The position numbers and the translations under genes were made by a program. The notes beneath the pieces are model-generated. The model was not told where the DNA came from. It did not search any database and saw only the letters and a list, made by a program, of their open reading frames with translations. Of a DNA stretch of 45,256 bases, positions 1 to 11,231 are shown piece by piece; within the stretch, counting starts at the first letter, position 1, and every line of letters starts with the position of its first letter. This stretch comes from Pseudomonadota bacterium (lineage in GTDB: Bacteria > Pseudomonadota > Alphaproteobacteria > Rhodobacterales > Rhodobacteraceae): contig JBCDCS010000001.1 in NCBI GenBank assembly GCA_039181205.1, positions 1 to 45,256 on the forward strand, given 5' to 3'.

Positions 1-666
1 GCGAGCGAAGACCCATCCAAGCCCGTCGTCTGGGGCCGCATCTCACAGACGTCCAGCGCCTGATCCCGGAAGCAATGGCCTTCCTCCAAAAGCAGGAGAC
101 GCATGGTGGCGAGGCCTTCGGGCGTCGGAATGGGCTGGTCGGCGTCGGTCTCGGGCCGGATCAGCACAAAGTCTTCCTTCAGAAGCGGCCGTTCCATCAG
201 CGTTGGCTCGCCGAGAGGCAAGGCCACTATGGCGCAGTCGAGCCGCCCTTCGCCCAATTCCTGAAGCAGTGTGGACGTGACCGTTTCCCGGATGTCTGGC
301 GTGACATCGGGATGGGCCGCGGCCACCGCGCGCATCACCGAGGCCAGCAGATAGGGTGCCACCGTCGGGATCATCCCGATCCGCAAACGTCCGGCGAGCC
401 CACCTTGGGCCGCGCGAGCCAGATCGCCCAATTCCTCCACACTGCGCAGGATGTCGCGCGCCCTCGGGGCGAAGGTCTCCCCCAAAGCCGTCAACCGCAC
501 GCCCCGGGGTCCCCGTTCGAACAACGCCGCCCCCAATTCCGTTTCCAAATCCCGGATCTGCACCGATAGCGCAGGCTGTGAAATCGCCGCAGCCTCGGCG
601 GCGCGGCCGAAATGGCCATGCCGGGCCAGCGCTTCAAAGTAACGCAACTGTTTGAAGGTCATCACC

Positions 667-668
<2 letters not shown>
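1..668 (-). CDS. oxyR: LysR-family hydrogen peroxide-inducible regulator OxyR (partial, 3' end runs off window)
   Basis: Minus strand reads MVMTFKQLRYFEALARHGHFGRAAEAAAISQPALSVQIRDLETELGAALFER (LysR HTH). Divergent from katG. Absent from the ORF track because no stop lies in the window. Start 668 or 662. Confidence 0.88.
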
Positions 669-3028
<2,360 letters not shown>

Positions 3029-3044
3029 TTTCGGTCCCATCCGG

Positions 3045-3084
3045 ACGAGAGCGCGCGGCCCCTCGGGACCGCGCGTTTTTCGTC
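3045..3084 (+). terminator. Rho-independent terminator of katG
   Basis: GC-rich stem GCGCGCGG...CCGCGCG followed by TTTTT, just after the stop. Confidence 0.75.
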
Positions 3085-3247
3085 TCGGGGGCGAAAATTC
3101 ACGAATTGGGGGTGTTTTCAGGGGGCGGTTTCCCAATTTGTACAGAAATTCTGGCCTCGGGTGGCGCCTCCGTCCGCCCGTGCGGTTTCCCTAGGGTCCG
3201 CTGGTGACGCTCCCATTTCGCGCAAGACCGACGGTCGGCCCCCGGGT

Positions 3248-3459
3248 GCAAGCCGGTCCGCCGACGGGCCACGGTGAGGAGGGACCGTCGCGCCAGTGGC
3301 GCGGCGCAAGCCCGACGAACGCGATCCAACATTGGTTCTGACCGCTTTATCCCAGCCAAGTCCGTCCTCCGTCCGTGCGAAGCACCCAGCCCCAGCCAAA
3401 TCGCCGTGCCGGGGGCGGCCCGTCGATGGACCGGCGCCCTGCGGGCTTGATTCCGGTCC
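3248..3459 (+). repeat. Dispersed intergenic repeat, copy A (with ~43-nt palindromic insert at ~3278-3320)
   Basis: Colinear blocks shared with 9021-9243 and 11695-11874: AAGCCGGTC, GCGATCCA, CTTTAT..GCCA, GATGG(A/G)CCGG(C/T)GCCCTGC(G/C)GGCTT. Confidence 0.8.
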
Positions 3460-3614
3460 TGATCCTAAGGGGTTCAGCGAGACAGTCAATTTTAAGCCCT
3501 TCTTGATCGCAATAATCAGGAAAAAGTTCTCATATTCCGTAAAACCAATTAAGCTACAAGCGCGTTTAGTCAATATCCACCATGGTGACGATCTCAGCCG
3601 ATTAGGAGACTAGA

Positions 3615-4490
3615 ATGCCTTACAAGAGAAAATGGCTTAATCGTGAGGGCGCGCCATATCTGCTCTCCATCATTCTTGGCAAACTAGAGGCGATGAATGA
3701 GCCCTTCGTCACCTACGGCGAAACCGCTGAAATGCTAGAGCGAGAATTGGGTACCACGAAGATATTCAGCGTCCATATAGGTACCGTTGCCGCCACAATG
3801 ATGGACAAGATTTCTCTCATCGAGCGAGATGCGCCTTTAATCAATGCGTTAGTTACCAACAAGTCCGGTATCCCGGGAGATGGCTTTGCTGAATACTACG
3901 ATAATTTTTGGCGAGCGAAGCGAGGCCGAAAGTGGGAAGACCTCGACGAAGACAATAAGCTAGAGGTCGTGAGAGACATCCGTGAGGCAGCCAAGGAATA
4001 CGCAGGATGGGATCGTGTTTTTCAGTTGGCATTCGGAGGCAGACCCGAAAGGCCGGAGCAGAAAAACTTCACGGAAAGAGATGGCAAGCCACCAGAAACG
4101 GAATTTCCACTCGGCAAAGGAGAGAGCGAACAGCATCGTCGACTAAAGGAATGGGCTCGCGATAATCCAGGTGAGATCGGTCTTCCGCAGGAATTCAAGG
4201 GAACTGCGGAAATGGGTCTCTTGTCGGGCGACCGAGTCGACGTTCTCTTTACTAGAGGAGAGGAATTCGCGGTCGTGGAGGTAAAGTCTTGCCTTTCAAG
4301 CGACCCCGACCTCAGGCGCGGAATTTACCAATGTGTAAAGTATCGGGAGGTGGTCAGGGCAACACGGTTACCAGTCAAGGTGAAAGTGCATGCTATTCTT
4401 TTATCTGAACGAAAGTTGCCGTCAGAATTGGCTGACAAGGCTAAGAACCTTGGCGTAAAGTCAAAAGTGTACGTGGTGAACGGCGAATAG
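3615..4490 (+). CDS. Putative PD-(D/E)XK restriction-endonuclease-like protein with N-terminal winged-helix-like domain
   Basis: C-terminal GDRVDVLF...VVEVKS...RGIYQCVKYR nuclease motif. N-terminal VTYGETA...PLINALVTNKSGIPGDGF. AGGAG RBS. Visibly lower GC than flanks. Confidence 0.7.
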   Translation: MPYKRKWLNREGAPYLLSIILGKLEAMNEPFVTYGETAEMLERELGTTKIFSVHIGTVAATMMDKISLIERDAPLINALVTNKSGIPGDGFAEYYDNFWRAKRGRKWEDLDEDNKLEVVRDIREAAKEYAGWDRVFQLAFGGRPERPEQKNFTERDGKPPETEFPLGKGESEQHRRLKEWARDNPGEIGLPQEFKGTAEMGLLSGDRVDVLFTRGEEFAVVEVKSCLSSDPDLRRGIYQCVKYREVVRATRLPVKVKVHAILLSERKLPSELADKAKNLGVKSKVYVVNGE

Positions 4491-4642
4491 CGAGAAAACG
4501 AATCTGCCTTATTCCTCTCGGCATTTGCAGCGCGCATTCACACTTGCAGAAGCTAAAGGGCATCCATTGCAAATGGTAGCAAAGTCTCGCTAGGCAAATA
4601 TTTCGCTAACTAGAAAACTGAATCCAGTCCGTAACTTTATTC

Positions 4643-5827
4643 TCAAACCCCCGCCGCGACAATCGCGTCCGCTAGTTTCGGCACCGTCGTCTCGTTCAGC
4701 CCTGCGATGTTCATCCGGGAATCCCCGACCATGTAGATGCCGTGGTCGCGGCGCATGGCTTCGACCTGCTCAGGGGTCGCGCCGAGGAGGGAGAACATGC
4801 CGCGGTGTTGGGCGAGGAAGTCGAAGCGGTCGGAATTGGTGCGTTGGCGGAGGGCGGCGGCGAGTTGCTCGCGTAAGCTCAGCATGCCGGTGCGGACGTC
4901 TTCGAGCTCGGCTTGCCAGTCGGCGCGGAGGTCCGGGTCCTCCAGGATTATCTGCACGCAGCGGGCGCCGTGGTCGGGGGGGAAGGAGAAGTTCATGCGG
5001 TTGAGCGACGCCATGGCGCCTTGGGTGACCTTGAGCTTCTCGGGCGAGGGGGCGATGGCAATGAGGAGGCCCGTGCGCTCTCGGTAGATGCCGAAATTCT
5101 TGGAGCAGGAGGCGCCGATCAGGGCCTCGGGGACTTTTGCGATCAGCGCGCGGAGGCCGGCGGCATCGGCATCGAGGCCATCGCCGAAGCCTTGGTAGGC
5201 GATATCGATGAAGGGGATCAGGCCCTTGGCGGTGCAGAGGTCGGCCACGGCGTGCCATTGATCCAGCGTCAGGTTGGCGCCGGTGGGGTTGTGGCAGCAG
5301 CCGTGGAGCATGACGACGTCGCCGGGCTTCGCGGTGGCGAGGTCGGACATCATGCCGTCCACGTCGGCAGTGCCGGTGGCGGCGTCGAAATAGCGGTATT
5401 CGGCGAGAGGTACGCCGAGGTATTTGGCGATGGCCGGGTGGTTGGGCCAGGTGGGGGCGGAGAGCCAGAGGGTGGCTTCGGGCGAGGCCATTCGGACGAG
5501 TTCCAGGCCCTGGCGGATGGCGCCGGTGCCACCCGGCGTGGCGACCATGGCCAGGCGGTCGGCGGGTTTGGCATCGCCCAGGATCAAGTCCGAGAGCGCA
5601 GCGCCGAAGGCCGGGTCACCGGCGAGGCCGGTATAGACCTTGGTGGTCTGGGTCTCGACCAGGCGCCGTTCGGCGGCCTTGATGGCGCGCATGACGGGGG
5701 TGTTGCCGGACGCGTCCTTATAGACGCCGACGCCCAGGTCGATTTTGCCGTCGCGCGGGTCTTCCTTGAAGGCGGCCATGAGGGCCAGGATCTTGTCGGG
5801 GGCTTGCGGTTGGAGGGTTTCCAGCAT
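4643..5827 (-). CDS. tyrB: Aromatic amino acid/aspartate aminotransferase (class I)
   Basis: KIDLGVGVYKD, HGCCHNPTG and PLP-lysine motif SCSKNFGIYRERTG. Start MLETLQ overlaps the sseA stop (TGATG). Confidence 0.9.
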   Translation of the reverse strand: MLETLQPQAPDKILALMAAFKEDPRDGKIDLGVGVYKDASGNTPVMRAIKAAERRLVETQTTKVYTGLAGDPAFGAALSDLILGDAKPADRLAMVATPGGTGAIRQGLELVRMASPEATLWLSAPTWPNHPAIAKYLGVPLAEYRYFDAATGTADVDGMMSDLATAKPGDVVMLHGCCHNPTGANLTLDQWHAVADLCTAKGLIPFIDIAYQGFGDGLDADAAGLRALIAKVPEALIGASCSKNFGIYRERTGLLIAIAPSPEKLKVTQGAMASLNRMNFSFPPDHGARCVQIILEDPDLRADWQAELEDVRTGMLSLREQLAAALRQRTNSDRFDFLAQHRGMFSLLGATPEQVEAMRRDHGIYMVGDSRMNIAGLNETTVPKLADAIVAAGV

Positions 5828-6678
5828 CAGGCGTCTCCGGTCTCGATCATCAGGTCGGGATACATGCCCCATTCGGCCCAGGACCCGTCATAGAGCGAAT
5901 GGTCGGTGTGGCCCAGGATCGTTAGGCCCAGGTTGAGGATGGCCGCGGTGACGCCCGAGCCGCAAGAGGTGATGACGGGGCGGGTGAGGTCGACGCCGGC
6001 GTCTTCGAAGGCGGCGCGGAGGTGTTGGCCGCGTTTCATTGTGCCGTCGGCGTTGAAGAGGGTCCTGTAGGGGACGTTCCGCGCGCCGGGGATGTGGCCG
6101 GCGCGGAGGCCGGGGCGGGGTTCGGGTTCGTCGCCGCGGAAGCGGGGGGCACCGCGGGCATCGACGATCTGGGCGTGGCCGAGCTTGGCCGCTTGGGCGA
6201 CGTCGGTGACGTCGCGGAGGAGCTCGGGGTGGCGGGTGACGGTCATGTGGCGGTCGCGGATGGTCGGGAGGTCGGCGGTGACCGGGCGGCCCTCGGCCAG
6301 CCATTTGGGCAGGCCGCCGTCGAGGATCGCCGATGTCTGGCCGAAGAGGCGCATGAGCCACCAGACGCGGGCCGCCGAGAAGATGCCGGCGCCGTCATAG
6401 AGGACGATGGTGTGGCCGTCGCCCACGCCCATGCGGCGCATGCGGGACATGAATTTCTCGACCGGGGGGGCCATATGCGGCAGGGCCGAGCGGCCGTCGC
6501 TGACGTCGTCGAGGTGGAGAAAGCGGGCGCCGGGGATGTGGCGCTCACCATATTCCTCCAAAGGATCGCGGTTCATGTCGGGCAAATACCAGGACGCATC
6601 GATGATACGCAGGTCCGGCGCGGTCAACCGCGCAGCGAGCCAATCCGTGGAGACGAGGGTGCTGGGGTCGTCGGTCAT
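5827..6678 (-). CDS. sseA: 3-mercaptopyruvate sulfurtransferase (rhodanese)
   Basis: Active-site [18 protein letters not shown] and HIPGA motifs. Confidence 0.93.
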   Translation of the reverse strand: MTDDPSTLVSTDWLAARLTAPDLRIIDASWYLPDMNRDPLEEYGERHIPGARFLHLDDVSDGRSALPHMAPPVEKFMSRMRRMGVGDGHTIVLYDGAGIFSAARVWWLMRLFGQTSAILDGGLPKWLAEGRPVTADLPTIRDRHMTVTRHPELLRDVTDVAQAAKLGHAQIVDARGAPRFRGDEPEPRPGLRAGHIPGARNVPYRTLFNADGTMKRGQHLRAAFEDAGVDLTRPVITSCGSGVTAAILNLGLTILGHTDHSLYDGSWAEWGMYPDLMIETGDA

Positions 6679-7325
6679 GCCTTGGCTTCCACCCGTTTCA
6701 AGAGGGCATGCCGCCAGCTTTCGTCCAATTCGGACAGGTTGGCTATGGTCCTCACCTCATCTTCGGGCGTGCGCTTGTCGAAAATCGCGGCCGCAACGCG
6801 GGCAACGGAGAATTCAGGATGCGGGCGATCGATCCGGGTGACGGTGTCGCCTACGGTAATCTCGCCCTCGTCCAGGACCCGCAGATACCAACCTGTGCGC
6901 CCTGTCTGGCGGACCAGTTTGACCATCCGCTTGTCGCCAACATGTTCGGCGAGTTTCCAGCAGGGCTGACGGCCCTGACTGATCTGCAAGCGGGTGGTGC
7001 CGATCTGCCAGATATCGCCGATACAGACATCCTGTTCGCTCCAGCCCGGGGTCGAGAGGTTTTCACCGAAGCCACCCGGCTGAAAGCGGATATTGTCACC
7101 CAGATCGATCTGCCAGGCCGCGTAGTGGTCTGCGGGGTAGACGTGGAGCGCCTTACCCAGACCGCCATGAACCGACAGATCGGCCTGGGCATCTTGCGTC
7201 AGTCCGGTCTGCGTCACCTGGCCCGAAGGGATGGCAGTTTTTCCGATGGCCGACGGGGCCTTGCCGGGCCAGCGATCCTGAACAGATCCAGCGAAGAGGC
7301 CCAGAAGCGGGACGGATTCGGACAT
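6675..7325 (-). CDS. MOSC domain protein (YiiM-like, with 3-alpha domain)
   Basis: [33 protein letters not shown] motifs. Start MSESVP at 7325. Stop overlaps the sseA start. Confidence 0.88.
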   Translation of the reverse strand: MSESVPLLGLFAGSVQDRWPGKAPSAIGKTAIPSGQVTQTGLTQDAQADLSVHGGLGKALHVYPADHYAAWQIDLGDNIRFQPGGFGENLSTPGWSEQDVCIGDIWQIGTTRLQISQGRQPCWKLAEHVGDKRMVKLVRQTGRTGWYLRVLDEGEITVGDTVTRIDRPHPEFSVARVAAAIFDKRTPEDEVRTIANLSELDESWRHALLKRVEAKA

Positions 7326-7430
7326 GGGGCATGGCCTCCGGTGGGCCTGAATTGGCCCGATGCGCCTCGGATTAGACCCCCTGCCAAGGCCATGCAACGG
7401 AAGGTGATCGGATATTCTGCCAAAACCCAC

Positions 7431-7459
7431 TTGCCACGCCACGCCCCCCCGTCTAAGTC
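7431..7459 (+). promoter_or_regulatory. Putative sigma70 promoter of rplY
   Basis: TTGCCA-N17-TAAGTC ending ~65 nt before the start codon. Confidence 0.45.
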
Positions 7460-7523
7460 GCGGCCTTCGAGACGCATGGGCGGACACCCTTGGAGGCCGC
7501 CCCCGAATATATTGGAGATACAC

Positions 7524-8183
7524 ATGGCCGGAGAGATTCCTGATCTCATCGCGCACGCCCGGACGGGGACAGGTAAGGGGGCCGCTCGTCAATCGCGCCG
7601 CAACGGGATGGTCCCGGGCGTCGTCTATGGCGGGGGTGCCGATCCGCTTCCGATCGAAATCCCCTTCAACGAATTGCTGAAGAAGCTGAAGGCCGGGCGA
7701 TTCCGCGCCAAACTGTGGAACCTGAAGGTCGAGGGTCAGGAAGACGTCCGCGTCATCTGCCGCGACGTGCAGCGTGACGTGATCAAAGACCTGCCGACCC
7801 ATCTGGACCTGATGCGCCTGCGCAGGACGTCGCGGGTGAACCTGTTCATTCCCGTGGACTTCCAAGGCGTTGACAGCGCGCCAGGCTCCCGCAAGGGCGG
7901 CGTGCTGACCGTGGTGCGGCCCGAAGTAGAACTGCGGGTGACCGCGGGCGAAATCCCCGAAAGCATCGTCGTGGATTGCTCGGGCCTGGAGATTGGCGAC
8001 ACGATCACCATTTCGTCGGTCGATCTGCCCAGCGGCGCGCGTCCGACCATCGACCGGGACTTCGTTTTGGCCAATATGCAGGCACCCGCAGGCCTGGCAT
8101 CGCAGAGCGACGACGAGGACGGCGAAGAAGAGACCCCGGAGACGGAAGTCATCAACGAGGCGGAAAAAGAGGCCGAGGACTGA
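7524..8183 (+). CDS. rplY: 50S ribosomal protein L25 / general stress protein Ctc
   Basis: [33 protein letters not shown], acidic tail. GGAG RBS. Confidence 0.95.
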   Translation: MAGEIPDLIAHARTGTGKGAARQSRRNGMVPGVVYGGGADPLPIEIPFNELLKKLKAGRFRAKLWNLKVEGQEDVRVICRDVQRDVIKDLPTHLDLMRLRRTSRVNLFIPVDFQGVDSAPGSRKGGVLTVVRPEVELRVTAGEIPESIVVDCSGLEIGDTITISSVDLPSGARPTIDRDFVLANMQAPAGLASQSDDEDGEEETPETEVINEAEKEAED

Positions 8184-8210
8184 TTTTCCGGCACATTCCA
8201 GGCAGGAGGA

Positions 8211-8243
8211 GCGCGAGAGAGAAGTCTTTCGCGCCCTTTTTAT
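8211..8243 (+). terminator. Terminator of rplY
   Basis: GCGCGAGAGA-GAAG-TCTTTCGCGC followed by CCTTTTTATT. Confidence 0.7.
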
Positions 8244-8307
8244 TGCACGCAAAGCGGGTAATGCTTCGCAGAGGGCCTATATATCTGTCAGAAGACGGAC
8301 CGGTTGC

Positions 8308-8955
8308 ATGCGCCAGGATATCGACCCACTGGTACCCGATGCGGCGTTGCCCCCGGCGGGCGCGGACGAAGATCCGTCGTCCAACGGTCTGACACCGATT
8401 ATCGATAATGTGCTCGCCTTGTGCGAAACCGGCGAGGCAGAAGTGGGGGCCATGGCGTCGGCCTTTGGCCGCGCAGGGCTTTTGCCGCTGGTGCTTCTGC
8501 CCGCCCTAATCGCAGTCAGCCCGATCAGCATCATCCCCTTGATTCCAACGATTTGCGGCATACTCATCACACTTGCCTCGCTGCAACTGGCCGTGGGTCG
8601 CCGCAGCCTGTGGCTTCCGGGCTGGCTACGACGCCGGTCCTTGCCGGTGGCCCGCGTGGAAGACGGGATGCAGCGCTTGCGGCCCGTGGCGGTATGGGTA
8701 GATCATCGGACGCGCCAGCGCCTGACTTGGCTGACGGTGCCACCGCTCTCCTGGTCCGTCGCGCTAGCCTGCGCGGCCTGCGGCTTGGCGATGCCGTTCC
8801 TTGAACTTGTGCCCATGTCGGCCACGCTTTTGGGCGCGACCGTGATGTTGATGGCATTGGGGCTTTTGGTACGGGACGGCCTCTTGATCCTCCTGGCGCC
8901 ATTGCCCCTGACCCCAGCTGTCGTGATCATTACCAAGATCTTGGTCCTGACCTGA
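8308..8955 (+). CDS. exoD: ExoD-family membrane protein
   Basis: Hydrophobic helices with SPISIIP, LWLPGWL, MPFLELVP typical of ExoD. Start uncertain. Confidence 0.8.
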   Translation: MRQDIDPLVPDAALPPAGADEDPSSNGLTPIIDNVLALCETGEAEVGAMASAFGRAGLLPLVLLPALIAVSPISIIPLIPTICGILITLASLQLAVGRRSLWLPGWLRRRSLPVARVEDGMQRLRPVAVWVDHRTRQRLTWLTVPPLSWSVALACAACGLAMPFLELVPMSATLLGATVMLMALGLLVRDGLLILLAPLPLTPAVVIITKILVLT

Positions 8956-9020
8956 AAGGTTCAGAAATCGGAGAGAGTGTCCGCACCTGATGGGCGGGCT
9001 TGGCGTCTGATCTGCTAAGG

Positions 9021-9243
9021 GCAAGCCGGTCCGTCGATCAGCCGCGGTGCGGCGATCCAACGGTCGTTCGGCAGCACTTTATCCTAGCCACATCTAAAGA
9101 CGCCCAAGGCTGAGCGCTCACATCAACAAAATCTCCGGGCCGGGGGGGGGGCGGTCGCCAGTGGGGGCGCCATTGGTTCAAGATCCACTGGCGACGCGAT
9201 GGACCGGTGCCCTGCCGGCTTCACTTCAGTCCGGGCGGAGCGG
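9021..9243 (+). repeat. Dispersed intergenic repeat, copy B (with hairpin insert 9154-9195)
   Basis: Aligns by eye with copies A and C. Contains a G10 tract (9142-9151) and a perfect 11-bp inverted repeat GTCGCCAGTGG/CCACTGGCGAC. Confidence 0.75.
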
Positions 9244-9281
9244 GGCGGGCAGGACAGTGACCCAGTCTCCTGATTGACCAG

Positions 9282-10268
9282 CTATGCCTCAGTACGCCCA
9301 CCGACCGCTTGGTAAATCGCATCGATGATGGCTTGCGTTCCCTGAGCATCCTCCAGGGTCCATGGCAGCTTGGCGCCGTCTCGAATGGCCCGGCCAAAGG
9401 CCTCGACCTGCAGGACATAGTGTTCCACACCCGGCCAGCGCCGTTCCTGCCGGGGCCCGTCCTTGCCCCACCAAGTCACGCGCGCCTCGCCGAAGCCCGG
9501 CGGGTTGAAAGGCGACGACATGTGGATGATCCCGGTCTGGCCGTGGAACGTCATCCGTTGATCCAAGGCCATGCGCATGGAAGTTCGCCACTGAGCCGTA
9601 AAGCCCGAAAACTGGGCAGAAACGCGGGCGACGGTGTCGCAGCCGCTCTCCCAATCCAGATGGGCATGGGTGATCTCCTGGGGCTCCTCCCCCGTTGCGA
9701 TCCGGGTGCCACCGATCACATAAACGCCGATATCAGGCAGCGAGCCGCCGCCGGTGGTGGCGCGGTTGCGGATATTTTCGCAGTCGGCCGAATTGTCATA
9801 GGTGAAGACGCCATCCACGTGGCGCAGATCGCCGATGGCGCCTTGGGCCAGCAGGTCTTTGACGAACGTCCATTGGGGGTGATGGGCGATCATATAGGCC
9901 TCGGTCGCGGGCAGGCCGGTCCTGTTCCGGGCGGCGATCAGCGGCGCGATTTCCGGCGCGGACATGGCGACTGGCTTTTCGATCAAGACGGGTTTGCCGA
10001 CGTCCAAGGCCTTGAGGCCCCATTCCACATGGAGCGTGTGCGGCAGCGGCACGTAGACCGCATCGATATCGGGATCAGCGAGGAGCGCCTCGTAGCTGTC
10101 ATGGATCCGGAGACCAGGGGCCAGCGCGACGAAGGGCGTGGCTTTGGCCGGGTCTCGGGTGGCCAGCCCGGCCAGTTTGTGGCCGGGTGTGGCATGGATG
10201 GCGGGGGCCATACTGTTGCGGGCGAATTTCGAGGCGCCCAGGATGCCCCAACGGATCGGGTCGGTCAT
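9282..10268 (-). CDS. Gfo/Idh/MocA family oxidoreductase
   Basis: IRWGILGA, DIDAVYVPLPH, VLIEKP, GGGSLPDIGVY motifs. Start MTDPIR. Confidence 0.92.
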   Translation of the reverse strand: MTDPIRWGILGASKFARNSMAPAIHATPGHKLAGLATRDPAKATPFVALAPGLRIHDSYEALLADPDIDAVYVPLPHTLHVEWGLKALDVGKPVLIEKPVAMSAPEIAPLIAARNRTGLPATEAYMIAHHPQWTFVKDLLAQGAIGDLRHVDGVFTYDNSADCENIRNRATTGGGSLPDIGVYVIGGTRIATGEEPQEITHAHLDWESGCDTVARVSAQFSGFTAQWRTSMRMALDQRMTFHGQTGIIHMSSPFNPPGFGEARVTWWGKDGPRQERRWPGVEHYVLQVEAFGRAIRDGAKLPWTLEDAQGTQAIIDAIYQAVGGRTEA

Positions 10269-10376
10269 ATGATGGTCTCGGTTCGCGGATCGATCCGCGT
10301 ACCAGGGCACGGGTAGAAACCGACTGCAAGCGAGCGATCCCCCGGTGGTGGCTCTCGCCGGGGTTACAGGGAGCGG

Positions 10377-10667
10377 TCAGCGGCGGAAACCGCCCCGAAA
10401 CCCACCGCGACGGAAGCCCCCGCGCCGGAAACCACCCCGGCGGAAGCCGCGCCGGAAACCCCGGCCCCGGAACCCACCGCGGCGGAAACCGCCCCGACGG
10501 AAGCCACCTCTACGGAAGCGTTCGATCTCGCCCTGCTCGCCGATGGCAGTGTCGATCTCATCGGCGATCGCGTCGACGGGGGCGGCTTTGACCGTGGTCG
10601 CCTGCACCAAAGCGGCGCCGACCAACAGGCTGCCAAACAGGAATCTGCGTCTCGAGATATCGGTCAT
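10377..10667 (-). CDS. Small Tat-signal protein with acidic spacer and Arg/Gly/Phe-only repeat tail (96 aa)
   Basis: MTDISRRRFLFGSLLVGAALVQATTVKA-APVDAIADEIDTAIGEQGEIE-RF(RRGGF)n. AAGGA RBS upstream. Repeat units use different synonymous codons. Confidence 0.82.
   Translation of the reverse strand: MTDISRRRFLFGSLLVGAALVQATTVKAAPVDAIADEIDTAIGEQGEIERFRRGGFRRGGFRRGGFRGRGFRRGFRRGGFRRGGFRRGGFRGGFRR
10380..10520 (-). repeat. Degenerate 15-bp coding tandem repeat (FRRGG)
   Basis: About nine RRGGF-like units with varied synonymous codons. Confidence 0.9.
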
Positions 10668-10804
10668 CGTGTTCGTCCTTCGATCTTTACGGCGGGCGCG
10701 AACATGGCGCCGCCTTCCAAGACAGAAGGTGGGGTGGCGATGCCCTGACCGCACTGAACACCTGGTCACGATCGGGGCAGGGCTTGTGATCTGCGGACGT
10801 CACG

Positions 10805-11170
10805 TCAGGCCCGTTCCTGCACAATAGGTTCGAACCCGCCCCACATCAGGCGCATCCCGTCGAAAGGCATCTCGGACACCTCCATGCCCGGGTCGAAATC
10901 GGGTGACATCATCTTTTCGCCCGCCGCATCATGGGTCGCCTTGTCTGGCCATTCGATCCAGGAAAAGACGACCGTCTCACCGTCCTTGGCCTTCACGGCC
11001 ATCGGGAAGGAGGTGACCTTGCCGTCCGGCACGTTGTCGCCCCAGGCCTCGACCATGGAGAGCGCACCCATGGGTTTGAAGATTTTGTCCCATGCCGCCT
11101 GGGCATGGGCGATGTAGGCCTCTTTGTTGGCATCGGGCACGGCCGCGAGGAATCCACCAAAATAAGACAT
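10805..11170 (-). CDS. DUF1428 (YbaA-like) protein
   Basis: EAWGDNVPDGKVTSFPMAVKAKDGETVVFSWIEWPDK and MPFDGMRLMWGGF. GGAG RBS. Confidence 0.9.
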   Translation of the reverse strand: MSYFGGFLAAVPDANKEAYIAHAQAAWDKIFKPMGALSMVEAWGDNVPDGKVTSFPMAVKAKDGETVVFSWIEWPDKATHDAAGEKMMSPDFDPGMEVSEMPFDGMRLMWGGFEPIVQERA

Positions 11171-11196
11171 GCGACTCTCCTTTCGTTGGGGAAAGG

Positions 11197-11224
11197 TTGA
11201 CAGAGAATTAGTTTGATATCAACT
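11197..11224. promoter_or_regulatory. Putative -35 and MarR operator palindrome
   Basis: TTGACA at 11197 and perfect palindrome TTGATATCAA (11213-11222) between divergent DUF1428 and marR. Confidence 0.55.
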
Positions 11225-11231
11225 CATTTCT

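Noticed and set aside
6708-7523. Long N-terminal extensions of rplY, MOSC, katG, lysA, rluD and exoD in the ORF track
   Set aside because: Stop-poor GC-rich frames. RBS positions and family N-termini support the downstream starts.
10345-10827. Plus-strand ORF with RRKPP repeats
   Set aside because: Antisense shadow of the FRRGG gene. The minus-strand frame has the RBS, Tat motif and coherent architecture.
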